A stretch of DNA of 64,000 nucleotides from assembly GCF_009834535.1 (NCBI RefSeq), contig NC_045697.1, positions 11,286,001 through 11,350,000 on the forward strand. Direction: 5' to 3'. Below, piece after piece: positions 13,590-27,369 of the stretch. The position numbers and the translations under genes were made by a program. How positions within the stretch are numbered: the stretch's first letter is position 1; each line of letters begins with the position of its first letter. The notes beneath the pieces were generated by a model. The model was not told the DNA's origin. It was given only the letters and a program-made list of their open reading frames with translations, and did no database searches. The stretch comes from Camelus ferus. Taxonomy: Eukaryota.

Positions 13590-14240
13590 GCTCACATTTA
13601 TATACCATGAAATATGTAGATCTCAAGTTTACAATCTGAGATTTAAAAATTATTGATACCTATGTAACCACCATCCTTATCAAAATGTGGACCCTTATAT
13701 CGCCCTAGAAAATTTCCTTAGACTCCTTATTAGCCAATCCTACTCCCACCCCAAAAGTAGCCAGTGTTCTGGTCAATTTCCATAGATAGGCTCCTGTATT
13801 CTTGAAGTTCATATAAATGGGATTATCACTATATACAGTTTTGTTCTGGCTTCTTTCACATAACATAACATTTTAAGATCCTTTAATGCTGTTACACATA
13901 TCATGGTTCCCTCTTTTTTATTGCTGAGTAGTGTTCCATTATATGGACAAACCCAAATTGTTCAACCCTCTTCCTGCCATGCTTTCTGGCCATTATTTTT
14001 TTCTAAAGCTGCTATAAACATCTGTGTACAAGTCCTTCTGTGGATATAAGTTTTTATTTCTCTTGGGTAAATACCTAAGAATCAAATTGCCAGATCACAG
14101 GGGTTGGTGTAAGTTTCACTTTATAAGGAGCTGCCAAAGAGTTTTCCAAAGTGGTTGTACCATTTTATACTCCCATCATCAATATATGAAAGTTCTAATT
14201 AGTCTACATTCTCAACAACATTTGATTCTGTCAGTCTCCG
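13590..14240 (-). mobile_element. Old L1M 3' region
   Basis: 'ttttttattgctgagtagtgttccatt...ttttatttctcttgggtaaatacctaag...gttttccaaagtggttgtaccattttatactcccatca'. Confidence 0.85.
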
Positions 14241-14369
14241 TCATTTCAGCTGTCTGTGTAAGTTTGTTCCTAGGTGACTCAAAGATACACCCATTTTTCA
14301 GAGGTAGGATTCTCCTCACAGCTACAGGTATCGGTCCTCCTCAACTTCATGCTTAAATTAGCTGTGCAT

Positions 14370-14560
14370 AGTGATGTGGGGGTAACATTTAACAACCAGA
14401 ACTTTGGGATGGTGGAGTAGAGGGCCCTGACTTGTAGTATTTGCCAATTTCTGTGGTGTAAATATTCCCACTAAGGATGATTTGAACTAACAACACTGAA
14501 CACAGAAAAGGAAGAAATGTGTACAGTAGGCTCTTGTGAGTCTGTTCCAATGCATCACAG
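14370..14560. mobile_element. hAT-Blackjack MER63A-like element
   Basis: 'catttaacaacc...ccctgacttgtagtatttgccaatttctgtggtgtaaatattccca'. Confidence 0.7.
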
Positions 14561-15924
14561 TGAGACCCAGTCAATAGAAAAGAACCTGTGTTTTGCAATG
14601 ACAGTGACTATATGAATCATTGTGCCCATGGTGGGAACCAAGGTCATTAACAAAGAGAGCAATGGATTCTCTTTCTGCTATTGGTCTTGCTCTCAACATC
14701 TGAAGAAATTCAAATTATTGTGTTTATGGGACTCAAATCAAAAACTCATCTGAACTTATTAAAAAGCTTGCCTGGGAGGATGAACTTGTACAGGAGGGGG
14801 CCCTCCAACTCTGAGCATGGCTGAGTTTGAAATCACATGCATGCCTTAGTTACTCCCAGGTCTCCAGGCTATCCACAGGTCCCTGTTTCCCAACTTGGCA
14901 AATTTACCTCCTCTGCCCGGACATGAAGACCCCCCCAAACTTGAGCTCTGTCTTACCTACCTACTGTTACTTTCTGTTGCTCACTTCTAGAAACGGGCAG
15001 TTCTCATCACTCACACAGAGGCCAAAGTCATCCCTGCCATCAGAGCTCCTCCCCCTCCCAGCATGGCTCTCCTTGCCTACAATACCCTCTCCTTTCTTCT
15101 CTGCCATTTCCCACTCAAACCATCCATGCCTCCCATTTACTGTGTTCCATCTAGGTACCAATCCTGTGCTCAGAATTTTACATAAATGGGCTCATTTAAT
15201 CCTTAGAACAGAATTTTGTGAAAAAGATGACCAAGGCTCCTAAAATTTAAATAATCACATACTAGACATGGGATTATCAGATTCTGAACTTAGCTCATCA
15301 CCAAAGTTTGATGCTTTCTATTTTCTAGGAAGGTCCCAATTAAAATCTCTAGAACTCACTGTAGACATTCCTGAATTATTAGCTCTTACGGTTGATTAAC
15401 CTTTTACACACATTAAGCTGCTAAACAACCATTACCTGCCTGACACATACCATCTTTTGTTTCTGAAATCATTGCTAGTCCAAGCCTGTGTCAATCCTAG
15501 TTCTGTGGAATTATTCAATTCAGTGTTAAAATCTGGCCACTTAAATTCTGCATGAATTTAGGTAATGTAACTAACCTCAGAAAATTTGGAATCATAATAT
15601 CTACATCCAAGAAATATCATACAGGTTTGATAAATAGCATATGTGAAGCATCAAGCCCTATACTGAGCACACAGGAGGTCAGGGCCTGTGGTTTGTTGGT
15701 AAGTGATGGCCCCCAATGAATAACGCTTCCTGGATCCATGTCTTGCATAGTCTCCTCCCATGTTGAACCCAGGCTTGACTCCATGGCATGCTTTGGTCCA
15801 TAGAACATTAGTAAACAGGATGAGAGTACAGACTGGACAATCAATTGGACACTGAGATTGCTTTCTTGGAATGCCGCCTCCCTATGAAAAAGCACGGGTT
15901 AGCCAGCTGAAAGCATGTGGCCCT

Positions 15925-16152
15925 GCCAACACACAATACCAACTGCCAGATGTGTACATGAGGCCACCTGTGACCATCTAGCCCCAGAGGAGTTGCCAGA
16001 AGACTGCAGTCACATCAGTGATCCCAGGAGAGAACAGCAAAAGGACCACCCAGCTCTGTGCAATCCAAGTCATCAAGGCACAGGATTCTGAACAAATAAA
16101 ATGGCAGTTGTTTCAAGCCACTAAGCTTTGGAATGGTGTGTTAGGCAGGAAT
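15925..16152 (+). mobile_element. MaLR LTR 3' part (MLT1G/H-like)
   Basis: 'accaactgccagatgtg...aataaaatggcagttgtttcaagccactaagctttggaatggt'. Confidence 0.7.
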
Positions 16153-16604
16153 GAGTCCTTCACATTCAAACCTCCCAGCACATAGCAATCTAGCTCATAC
16201 ATGGAAGGCATGTGATGCACATTCAGTGAATTCTATAAAGCAGAAGACTTGTGCAGGGGACTGAGCAATCTCTCAAGGCAGAGATGAGACTTTATGCTTG
16301 GACACAGAGAAGATACAAAATAAGACTTTGTGCAGTAAAGGAAGCTTGAGTCTATTTGCATTTAAGGAAAATCAAAGCCTTGTTTATAGAAATAGTTCAG
16401 GTTTCTAGGCACCTTCTTGAGTCTCTCACACAACATGGACTTTTTCTGACATAAAATATAGGAATTAAACTTTTCATTGAAAGGCACATTCCAGCTCCTG
16501 TGCTGGAAAAGGGTGACCTCCTCCCTAACAAGGGGGAATTAGGAATGGAAATCAGCAAGCAACAGAGAATCAGATTAAGCTGCCTTTCCTTCATCCAAGC
16601 CCCT

Positions 16605-16660
16605 GCCTTGAATCCCTTGGCCTGTGACCACAGCCTTGAATCCCTTGGCCTGTGACCACA
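16605..16660. repeat. Perfect 28-bp tandem duplication
   Basis: gccttgaatcccttggcctgtgaccaca x2. Confidence 0.97.
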
Positions 16661-17070
16661 GCTGTATTGACATTTCTGTGGCTCCGCATCTGGAAAAGCA
16701 ACTTCTAAACTTGATTTCACAAGCACTTCTGTGGTTCCCTTTTGGCCTATAAAGACACAAGAGACCCATCTGTGAAACCTACAGCTCTGAGCTCTGAGCT
16801 CTGCACCATGATTTAGGAAGTACTGTTGGGATGTTAGCGCGCTTCTGGGCAAGGATTTATAGGACACCCAGAGCGGACTGTCACCCTCTAGAGAACACAC
16901 TGAGGTCACCAACTCGCCTCAACCCTTCCCCTGCCTGGCAAAGCTAGTGACTTCCAGTGTTGAGGACAGTCATCTGTTTGCTATTAATGCCAAGAAATGA
17001 TTCAGTCGTCCATGCACTGAGTGAAGAGGAAAAAGCAAAAATGTAGTTCGTGCATTTTGGAAGAACTTAC

Positions 17071-17180
17071 CCTAACTGTCTGACAGGCATGGCCATATCG
17101 GTGACTTAGTCCCAGAAGGCTCCATTTGCCTTTGTGTTTTGAGCCTCCTTCCCTGGGATCAGTGAGGAGTTGGAATTGCA
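17071..17180 (-). other. Candidate 110-nt exon (probably non-coding)
   Basis: Acceptor 'gtctttctcactgacacag|' and donor 'AGG|gtaagt' on the minus strand. Confidence 0.25.
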
Positions 17181-17771
17181 CTGTGTCAGTGAGAAAGACC
17201 CACAAGACCATAGAGGAGCTTTCCCAAGTGCGTCCTGCAGGCAGGGCTCAAAAACACTGGACTAACAAGGGGTGTGGAAGGACGGAGAGGAGAACCACAA
17301 GTTTTCCTGAGCTTCTTCTGTTCCAGACACTTGATAGACACGCTTACATGGAACCTAACTACACCTTCACATGTTGGGAATGATCTCCATCACATATGAA
17401 AAGAAAGTAAGGCTGAGAAGATTAAGTGATTTTCCCTTTGAAATGAATCCAGCCTACGTTCTTTATAAGAAACTTTGAACTGAAAAATATACTATTTTTG
17501 ATAGTTAACTATGCTCCAGACTCTGTGCTGTGAATTTTACATCCACTTTCTTAAACTATGAAGAAAATAACCACCCTTGATTTGTAGATGAGGAAAACTC
17601 TCTGTCTGAATCCAGCTCTATATGAACAGGTCCATTAATAGTAGATGCACACACACACATACACACACTTTTGAAAGTGGCCAACCTTTGCATGGAGCTC
17701 ACTAACTCTTTGGGTTGAAAGGGACCTCAATGGTCTTCCAAATCCTGGTGTATTAAATACTTTCTGTTTCT

Positions 17772-17975
17772 TTCTTTTTTTTTTTTAATTGAAGTATAGT
17801 CAATGTACAATGTTGTGTCAATTTCTGATGTACAGCATAATGTTTCAGTCATACATATATTCGTTTTCATATTCTTTTTCATTATAGGTTACTACAAGAT
17901 ATTGAATATAGTTTCCTGTGCTATATAGTAGGACCTTGTTGTTTATTTTATATACAGTAGTAGTGTATTTGCAAT
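17772..17975 (-). mobile_element. Young 5'-truncated L1 3' end with poly(A)
   Basis: Poly-T then 'aattgaagtatagtcaatgtacaatgttgtgtcaatttctg'; 'ttctgtttct' on both flanks as probable TSD. Confidence 0.9.
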
Positions 17976-20579
17976 ATATCTTCTGTTTCTATAGCCTCTT
18001 CAGTTTATAAAGCACTTGCAAAATCATCATCTCTTTTTATCCTTCCAACAATCCTATCAGAAAAGAAATATTATAATCACTTCACAGTTGAGGAGTTAAG
18101 GATTTAAAAAGCTGAGTACTTGCTCCAAGCTCATCACTCATCAGCCAATAATGGTGAAGTCAGTCAAGTACCATACCCATTAGGTCCAATGACTTTCAGT
18201 GACAAAATGTAGCCTAAGTTCATATATGTACTATGATCACAGCTATGTAAATATATATACACCTCACACTCTTTTATGAAGGAGCCTGATTACAAATTGA
18301 TGCAAAAATGTACTTTCTATTTCATCTTTCCCAGCCACTGAATATTCATCTAGGAAACTATAAGAGAGGAAAACTCACAGAGGGAAGGCCCCCAACTGTC
18401 CTGGGACTTTAGTAGCACACCTACAGCATGGAGGTGGTTTGGGATTATGTTAGTGAGAGGACAGAACGGTGGTTAGAACATGAACTCTGACCTCGGTCTC
18501 AGGCAAAGATGCCCAGCTCACAAAGACTATCAAATGTGCTATAGCACTTGATACAGACAGAACACACACAGAAGAAAATAAGAGCTTTTAATATGTCCAT
18601 TCTTCTTGTCTGAGAATGGATCAAGAGGTCTCCTTCTCTTCAACCAGAAGCAAGTGGGGGATGCCCCAGTTTCAGCTCTCGGCTCCCTAACCTGACCCCT
18701 AGAAGACCTGACAAGGAAGGACTCACTGCCAGTAATACAGTCCTCAGTGAAGAGTACTCAGGGGTATTTGCTTGGGCTCAGCAGTGTCCCCCATGTCTGC
18801 ATGCACACTCCAACCCAGGTTCCATGAGATAGATGGCAAGTCATGCAAACTCATAACCTGTGAAACTGTGTCTTGATTGGATACACTACATATGCTTGGT
18901 CTTATCTACCTAAGTCCCTAAGGAAAATTACAGAATACCACTTTTTTTTCTTAGCCCCCAGAGAAAAAGATTCCGTTATTACATTTTTAAAATTCAGGGC
19001 AGGCATAACCATAGCTGGTCTTGACATTTCTGAACAGGCCTGCATTTCCAGGGAAAGCACATCTAACACAACCAGCCTACTGAGGTCTATTTTAGAACGT
19101 CGGAAATGTGAGTGGATTCACAATATCCCAGAAAAATCAGTATTTTTCCTGAAATATGAGGCAGGTAAACCAAATATTTAAATTAGATGATGACATGATT
19201 TACTCACATTCTCCCACCTGGTAAAATGACTATTTCAATGGCATTTTGCATCCTGTGTGCACCTACTTAACAGGTGTTTGATAATCCTTTAGAAGACATT
19301 GCCTGTGAGTAAGATTCTAATTCTCAAGGAGTTACCTTTGAGCAAGAATGTTACTTTCCATTCTGACTGCAAACAGCACCTAGAAAAATACCAGCCAGTT
19401 TGTGTATCATGTATTCTCCCCTAGATTGAATGAGGGCTTTTTTTTTTTCTCCCTTTACGCTTCCTGAAGACAAGTTGGAGTGTGTGAAAAATGTAGTGCT
19501 GACTCTGAAGCCCTACACAAATATCTGTTGTTATGTTGGAAAAATCAGCTTTACATTGATCTCAGAATCAAACAACCTCAAAAACTTCAGAGGTGGGAGG
19601 TCACAGAGTCCAACCTCCTGCTTTCAAGTGGGCCCCGACAAATGAAAACCAGATGACATTTCCAACGGACCACTTTCAAATTAAATGTCAGCTGCATATG
19701 ACGGTGCAACCTAAAACACCATCAACTCTTAGCACAAAGCTCTTCCCCCATTTTCTCCAAGAGGCCATCAAGACCCAATGGAATTCATCTATTCATTCCA
19801 GAAGCCTATAAAGGGGGTGTTGGTGTGTACTTCTTGGGGAACTCATCTATTTTCATGACTTTGGTGCACACATTTTAAGGTTATAATCCTTCCACACACT
19901 TTTTAAGAGTCACCTTTGTAATTCTACTCCATGTATTATTTTTAACTCATAGTCAACAGATATAAAGCATAATAAAGCCATCTAAGCCCAGAATCCCAAT
20001 TGCTGGTTGGGAATTTAAACCTTTGGCTGCCAAATACCTCCAAAGTGCAAATTATAGTGGTTTCTTGACCTTGGAGGGACTTGTTCATTGAAGGGAAAAA
20101 GTCAAGAAAATCACACAGTGGGTGAAAGCAAGAAAATCAGAGAGAGAACGAGAGAAAGAGCAAAGAGGAGCTCAACCCAGCAGAAGAAACTTATTTTCAA
20201 AATAGACCTTATCCAGTACAATTTTTCATCAGTTAAAAAAAAATGTTCTAATGTTATTTAAAATATATAAACTAGCTGACTTACATTGGTATCCCTCAAC
20301 AAAAGCATGCTTAAAATTATTTAATACACACACTGAATAAGGCACCCAAAATATTTTGAACATGCACCATAACAGACTTTGGAATGGAAATTAAATTATT
20401 TTTTAAATGTTCACAAACATCATCGTGTTTGATACTTCCCACAGCAGCCTTTGGACAGCAGATATTGTTAAGATCTCCATCTTATCAATGTAGATGTAGA
20501 CAGAGCTTGAGCTCCGGAGACCACTGCTTGGATTCCTATTTTTAAAGCCCGACCAGTTTCTCTTTCTGAAAGAACAGCT

Positions 20580-20745
20580 GGGCATAGAGTTAAGAGGTCA
20601 GGGTCTGCAACTGGAGTTCCCGGGTTGGAATATAAGTTCTCAACTCTCAGAGCCCCAGTTCCCTCACCAGTAATGTAGCTATTGTGAGGATTAAATGAGT
20701 GAGTGTATAGAAAGCTTATGAAGACCTAGCAGAGTAGGCTTATTG
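20580..20745 (+). mobile_element. MIR SINE
   Basis: 'ggcatagagttaagag...ccccagttccctcacc...attgtgaggattaaatgag'. Confidence 0.7.
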
Positions 20746-21071
20746 CAAAGGGAAACTGTTAATCATCATACTTCAACAGAAAGGAAATATTGCAAATCGA
20801 AAAAGAAAGTCCACTATCATCTCATCACACAACCATTATTATTTTTTTCCCTTGCTGTGCTTTTCCCTTTCCTCATTGTTAGCATATTGGCAACTGTTCA
20901 GTATATACAAATCTGTACTCTGCAGAGTTCACTTAATATAGCATAAACACTTTTCTCACAAACACCATGTTCAATATCTACAGCCAGTAAATTTATTATA
21001 AGTAATCATTTCCTTAGTTTTTAAACAGCAACGTTATTTGCAATTTTAGCACTAAAAATAATGCTGTAATA

Positions 21072-21391
21072 GAAAGAGACTCACAGGCATAGAAAACAAA
21101 CTTATGGTTACCGGGGGAAAAAGGGACAGGGAGGGATAAATTGGGAGACTGGGATTTGCAGATACTAACTACTATATATAAAATAGATAAACAAGGTCCT
21201 ACTGTATAGCACAAGGAACTATATTCAATACCTTGTAATGGCCTGTGATGAAAAAGAATATGAAAAGTAATATATATTCTATGTATATTTGAATCACTAT
21301 GCCGTACACGAGAAACTAACACAACATTGCAAATTGACTACACTTAAATTTAGAAATTAACTCAATTAAAAATCAATTTAAAAAAAAAAAA
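21072..21391 (+). mobile_element. Young 5'-truncated L1 3' UTR with poly(A)
   Basis: 'gactcacaggcatagaaaacaaacttatggttacc...'; 'gctgtaata' on both sides as TSD. Confidence 0.9.
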
Positions 21392-22528
21392 GCTGTAATA
21401 AGTATCTTCCTGAATTTAGCATTTTCCACACACTGGATTATTCCCTAAGAATGAATTTTTTATATGTATGCTTCTTAAGGGCAGGAAGCATGTCTTCCTT
21501 CTTTGTTGTTGAGTCCTCAGAGACTAGCAGAGAGTCTGGTTCACGAAACAGTTGACAAATGAGTGAATGAATGAATGGATCCCTTCAACAGATTCTCATA
21601 TGTTAAACATATATATATCACTAGTTAAAAAGTGAATGCCAAGTACTAAAAACTATAGGACACTCTCATCCTATACATTATAGAAGGCATTATCAAATAG
21701 CATAAACTTTCCTACCAAAAATTAAAAAAAAAAACTTTTTTTATTTCTTCAAAACCCAAAGTGTTTGCCTCCCCTATTAGGAGCAATTCATTGTGGGTCA
21801 GCTAGCAACAGGAGTAGAGTTTAAAACTAAATCCCTCACTCCTCCATTTCCCTGGGTGCCTCATTTCCAATTCTTTGGCCAACGACATTCTTTCACCAAA
21901 AGGACATTCTTTTACTCAAGCTTTATTTCTATTTCTGCAGTTCCACATTTGGGAAAGAGACTTAAAAGTTTACTTCACAAAACTCTTGTGGCTCCCACAT
22001 GGCTCTTTCTACAGTAAAGATATTAAGAATTTCTCTTTTACTTTTCTCATAAGTATTTTCTTTCTAGTTCTGCTTTTTTATGGTGTAATTGGGATATGTC
22101 CTCGAGGCACAGAAGTTTTTCATTTTTAAGAAATCAAACAGATCGACTCCTTGCATTCAAGAAAATATTCCTCCTGCCTTTCCTCACCTTGAATCTTTTT
22201 GGCAATGACTTCTTAAGACAGTGGTTCAAAGTGCTCCTTCCCTGATCTGAGTTTCTTCACGACGTTAGCATACTCTTCAGAACCCCTGAAAACATCTCCT
22301 TTACCTGACCTGTGAGCCTAATGTTTTCTCCACCTGTATTCCTTTAACTTCAGACTTGATGTTGTGTTAAATGTTCAAAGCAACTGGAATGTGGTCTGTG
22401 GTTTAAAGGTCCAAGGGAGAAAACTGCATCATGTCACGTTACTGTTAATGGTAGGTTAGGAGTAAACATCCCTAAGCAGATGCAGGGGAATCTATTGACC
22501 ACTGGAGGCAAGTCCACACTGGCTCTTT

Positions 22529-23123
22529 AAGATACGTACACCCCAATGTTCACAGTGGCACTATTTACAATTGCTAAGACATGGAAGCAACCTAAATGTT
22601 CATCAACAGGTGACTGGATAAAGAAGTTGTGGTGTATATGTACAATGGAATACTACTCAGCCATAAAAAAAGAATAAAATAATGCCATTTGCAGCAACAT
22701 GGATGTACCTGGAGATTGTCATACTAAGTGAAGTAAGCCAGAAAAATAAAGAAAAATACCATATGATACCACTTCTTTGTGGAATCTTTAAAAAAAAAAA
22801 AAGACACAAATGAACTTATTTACAGAATACAGACAAACTCACAGACATAGAAAACAAACATATGGTTACCAGGGGGAAAAGGGGATGAGGAGGGATAAAT
22901 TGGGAGCTTGGAATTTGTAGATACTAACTACTAGACATAGACTAGATAAACAGCAAGGTCCTGCTGTTCAGCACAGAGAACTATATTCAATACCTTGTAA
23001 TAGCCTATAATGAAAAAGAATATGAAAAGGAATATATATACGTATAAATGAATCACTACGCTGCACACCAAAAATTAACACATTGTAAATCGACTATACT
23101 TCAATTAAAAAAAAAAAAAAAAA
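22529..23123 (+). mobile_element. Young L1: ORF2 C-terminal remnant, 3' UTR and poly(A)
   Basis: 'ccccaatgttcacagtggcactatttacaattgctaagacatggaagcaacctaaatg...aatgccatttgcagcaacatggatg'. Confidence 0.93.
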
Positions 23124-23689
23124 GACTGTACAGAGTAGACATATTGAGTGAATGTTTTAGCCCAGCCCCATCTTAAAGGTGACGTGCTCAGATTTGCGGG
23201 GGGGGGGGGGGGTCTCAATTTCACCACGCTAACACTGAGGGGTTGGGGTCGTACCAGGTCAGTGGCCTCGGTTGTGTGGTTCCTGAAGCTCTCAAATTGG
23301 TGCGCTGAGCCTCCACACTGAAGAGCAGCGCTGGTGACCACAGCCACAACATACGGGGGGCCCCTGAGCTCTCTTCTAACTCCATCACGGGAAGATTCTA
23401 TGGCCACACCTGCTTCCTTTGAGCATCGATGCTGTGTAACCTTCTCAGCAGCAGCTTTCCCTATCAGGGGAACCCAGCCAACAGGGAGTAGGGGGTCACT
23501 CTTCTCTCTGACCTGCTTTTAATGGGCACAAGGACATGGCATGTGTTAGGCGCTCAAGAGATGTTTGTTATGGTTGTGAATACTAGATATCACACAGGCT
23601 ATTTGCAAAATACAAGCTTAACTATGATCCCACATTCTCTGTTTCTTCTTCCAGCGACACCTGATGACAGCGACAGTCAGGGGTAATAA

Positions 23690-23970
23690 TAAGCTTGCCA
23701 GTACTAACAGCATAAGGACTTACGGACCCCGACTACTGCCAGGTGTTCAGCCAGGTGGCTTGCACATACGATCTCTTTCAGTCCTCGACTTCCCGGCCAG
23801 GTAATTATTATTAATTCTAGTCTATGAGATCACTTAGGAGGAAGCTGAGGACCAGAGAAGTCAAATAGTTTGCCCAAGAAAAGATGAACTAGTACTAAGT
23901 AGCAAGGCTAGATTTTAAGGCCAAGTCTTTCCTGACATCAACTCTCATACTTTTTCTACACACTATACTG
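23690..23970 (-). mobile_element. MIR SINE
   Basis: 'gaggaagctgaggaccagagaagtcaaatagtttgcccaag'. Confidence 0.6.
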
Positions 23971-24289
23971 TCTCTTAAGACTTTGGTCCATCCCTCACAT
24001 TCTTCCGCCGCCTAAGACACTCGGTTTGCCAGGCAGTTGTTAGTGAGATGAGAAACCCTACCTGCAACATGTGAACCCATCAAGATGGCTAATCAGTTGT
24101 AATCATTTCAAATAACTAACAGCCCAGCGGTTGCAGGTTTTATACATAGAAGGCCTCCTTGTGCTACTGATAAGCAAAAGATCAAACTCAGTAACAGAAC
24201 TGGTTTAACTTATTGGAAGCAGGGCTAAAGATTCTATCGATCTATTTTTGATGACCTACATGCATAGGAATCAGACATTTGAAAGATGT

Positions 24290-24800
24290 TTTGTTACCTT
24301 CGGTGGTAGTTTGAGAGAGTATTTCTAGAGCTGTAAAAGCACTGAATATGTAAATTTAAGAAACACTTATAAGTTAAAAATACTGAAGCGCAACCATGTG
24401 TAAGCTTTGCTCCACGCAGGTAAAAGGCGACCCTCCTTTTGCAGTGGGGAGACTCCCCAGAGCGCTTTGTTAATTTCTTCATGTCATTTCCATGAAAATG
24501 GAGCCCTCCTTTGTGTGAAGATGCTAAAGCCACATCACATGGACAATGCAAATGAGTCAGCAAAGAGCACTTTGTCATAAAAATATAGCATTTATTTCAG
24601 CAGTTCCTGTGGATTTTTGATATCAAAGTCTCTTTATGACACTGACAGTCATCAAGCGGATGTTTGTCGAAGTACATTTCCCAGATGTCTAAATAAAACA
24701 GTTTTTGCTTTGATGAGTTTTTACTCTGAGAGCTGGAGAAAGACTGCTCTATTTGAATTTCTCTGCTTGTGGAGTATGTGTCATATCTCTCCTTTTTTTT
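24290..24800. promoter_or_regulatory. Candidate enhancer (octamer/AP-1/ARE composite)
   Basis: ATGCAAAT (24546-24553) overlapping TGAGTCAGCA (24553-24562); CACATG E-box at 24536; repeat-free context. Confidence 0.4.
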
Positions 24801-26159
24801 TTCAATTTGCCTGTCACCCCAAATTTGAATAGTTAATGTTCTAGTTAGTTGGACTCCAGTTCATGAAAAATCTCTTATAGATGTTTTTCTAACAAGATAA
24901 GGGACAGAATAATGATATGAAGGGCAGGGAAGTGTCTCCAAAATAACAGAAATTTAACTGATAAGTGGGCAAAAGCAAAAACAGAAAATTTGGAAGCAAG
25001 AAAATTTAATGACTAGTAAACATATAGAAAAATATTCACCCTCACCAGTAAGTCACAGAATGCAAACAAGACTATCAACACCAAACAAGTTTTATCTATC
25101 AAATCAGCAAATGCTCCTTCTAATGATACTCAGCAGAGGTCCGGGTGTGGTCAAATAGCCAAGCACATCTATACTGACAGGATATTGATTGCATCTCCCT
25201 ATTGGAAACACGCTGTTGTCACAGTGTATGAAGAGTCTCAGAAGAGTCCCCACTCCCTGACTCTGCAACCCTCTTAAGGCTGTCATCCAAATTACGGAAA
25301 AATCCTTTTAACCAAAGCTGCTCACCGTAATGGCATTAAAACAACAGCAATTATTAAAACTCTAGCAATAAATTAAATCATCTTACTGACTGAAACAAAT
25401 ACTCGGCAAGTGTGAGATATTATTCTTTGAGAAATCGCCTAAAAGTTATAGTTTAAGCATTTATTATCCGGCAAATGAACAAAAGCAAAATATAAATCTA
25501 TAGTACCAACACCATCCCTAGTGAAAAAAGTGAAAGAAAAATATTGGAAAAAAAAAAAAAACAGATACTCAACTATGAAGTTCTCTGAGTGGTGAGATGC
25601 TTGCTGATATTTCTCTTTTAAATCTATGTATGTGTCTTTATTTTTCTGATACTCTACAATAAGACACGACATTAACACCAGCTACAAAGTGCATTATAAA
25701 AAGTAGGGGAAAAAAACAAAAAAGAATTATGTAAAGGGTCTTAGTGACAAGTCATCACTAAAGGCTTAGCACTTCATTCAAAACTAAGGCTACAGAACAG
25801 AGTTCTAAACGGAGATTACACAGTCATTTTGGAGAAGCCCATGTTACACACTACGAATGAATTAATGGCTTTTTCACCCAGCTAATTTGAAATTTTAATA
25901 TGTTAAAACAATGTCAAAAATCTTGGTATTCAAATATTTGGCAAAACTTTCTGAGAAGAGAGCAGATGTGTTCCATGTGTTTCCAGAGAGACAAAAATGT
26001 ACACATGGATGGAAGTTGCAAGAAGGCAGAGTCCAGATTAGCCTGTGAAAGAATTTTTCATCTTTAAAGTCATCCCACAAAGGAGTGGGCAGCCAACCCT
26101 CCTCAGCTAGGACAGGATTTCAGCAGAGACTGCAGGACCATGTGCTCAAATGTAGGAGA

Positions 26160-26960
26160 AATCATTTCCTTCCTAAACTTTCTCCCTCCTCCATTTAAGC
26201 AATCTCCATCCCAGTAAATAGCACCAATGTCCACAGAGCTGCTGAAGATAAATATTCTTCTCTTTCCTTTACCAATCACATCCAGTCCGTCAGCAAAATA
26301 CACTCAAATCCATCCACTTCTCCCCAACTCCACTGCTGCCATTCCAATCCAAGCCAGCACCTTGTTTCCAGCAGAGCGCTGAAGGGGTCCACGCTCTTTC
26401 CACTGAAATTCACTCTCTGTGCTGCTGCCAGAATGCTGTATCTACAGCATAAAGCAGGTTATACCACTTCCCTACTTGCAGCCTTCCAGAGACTTCCTTC
26501 CCAAAGCTCTCCCTTCCCTGGTCTACAAGGACCAATAAAGTCTGACCCCTAGCAATCTCTTCAACCTAATCTCAGGCCATTTGCTGCAGCCATATTGGCT
26601 GGCTCACTCTCTCTCTTCCCCTCTCCTTCTGTATTTGCCATTGGCTCCCATCTAGAATATTCCCCTCTAGGTGTTCACAGGGCTGGCTTACTCTTGCATG
26701 CACATCTTTCTTACAAGATCAGCTCCTCAGGGAGGATTTCCCTGACTACCTCATCTAAAGTAGCCGCAAATATATTCTCTCCCATCGCCTTCTTTTCTTT
26801 CTTCTTAGTCCTTAGAGCACTACTTGCTTTCTTATTTTTCTTCCATTAATTTCAGTCAATACAAGCTCTGTGAGAGAAGGACCTTATCAATCTCATTCAC
26901 TGCTTCATTCGAATGGTTGGTATAAGCAGGTATTTAATTAATAAAGACAGAATGAATGTC
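26160..26960 (+). mobile_element. LINE-2 long 3' fragment
   Basis: 'tccatcccagtaaatagcacc...aaatccatccacttctcccc...caagctctgtgagagaaggaccttatc...gaatgaatg'. Confidence 0.75.
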
Positions 26961-27369
26961 AGATATGCTTTACCATGACCAAATCCCACACCAGAGAACA
27001 CAGAGACACGATCTAAGGGGTCTGGTGGCTCACTGAGAAACCTTGTCAGAGAGTGGTGTGACTTCCTTCAGATCCCTCTGGTCCAATGGCTGCATTAACT
27101 CTTTGGGAGCCATTTAACAACACAGTCACTAACGGAGTCTTAAGTGACACTTGATGACATGGCTGTTTCCTGATTCTCAAAAGTAACACATTCTTTGAAG
27201 TGTACCTATTGAAACATAGCTATCAAGAATGCAGGGGACACTGGCCCCTACTTTCCTTCCTGTTACTCTCTGACCATTGCATGGGTAGAGGTCCTGTCTC
27301 CTACTGGAGCATCAGCACCGTGAAGGCAGGAGCCAGCTCTTAGCCTCACATCTGGTCCCTGTTACATTT

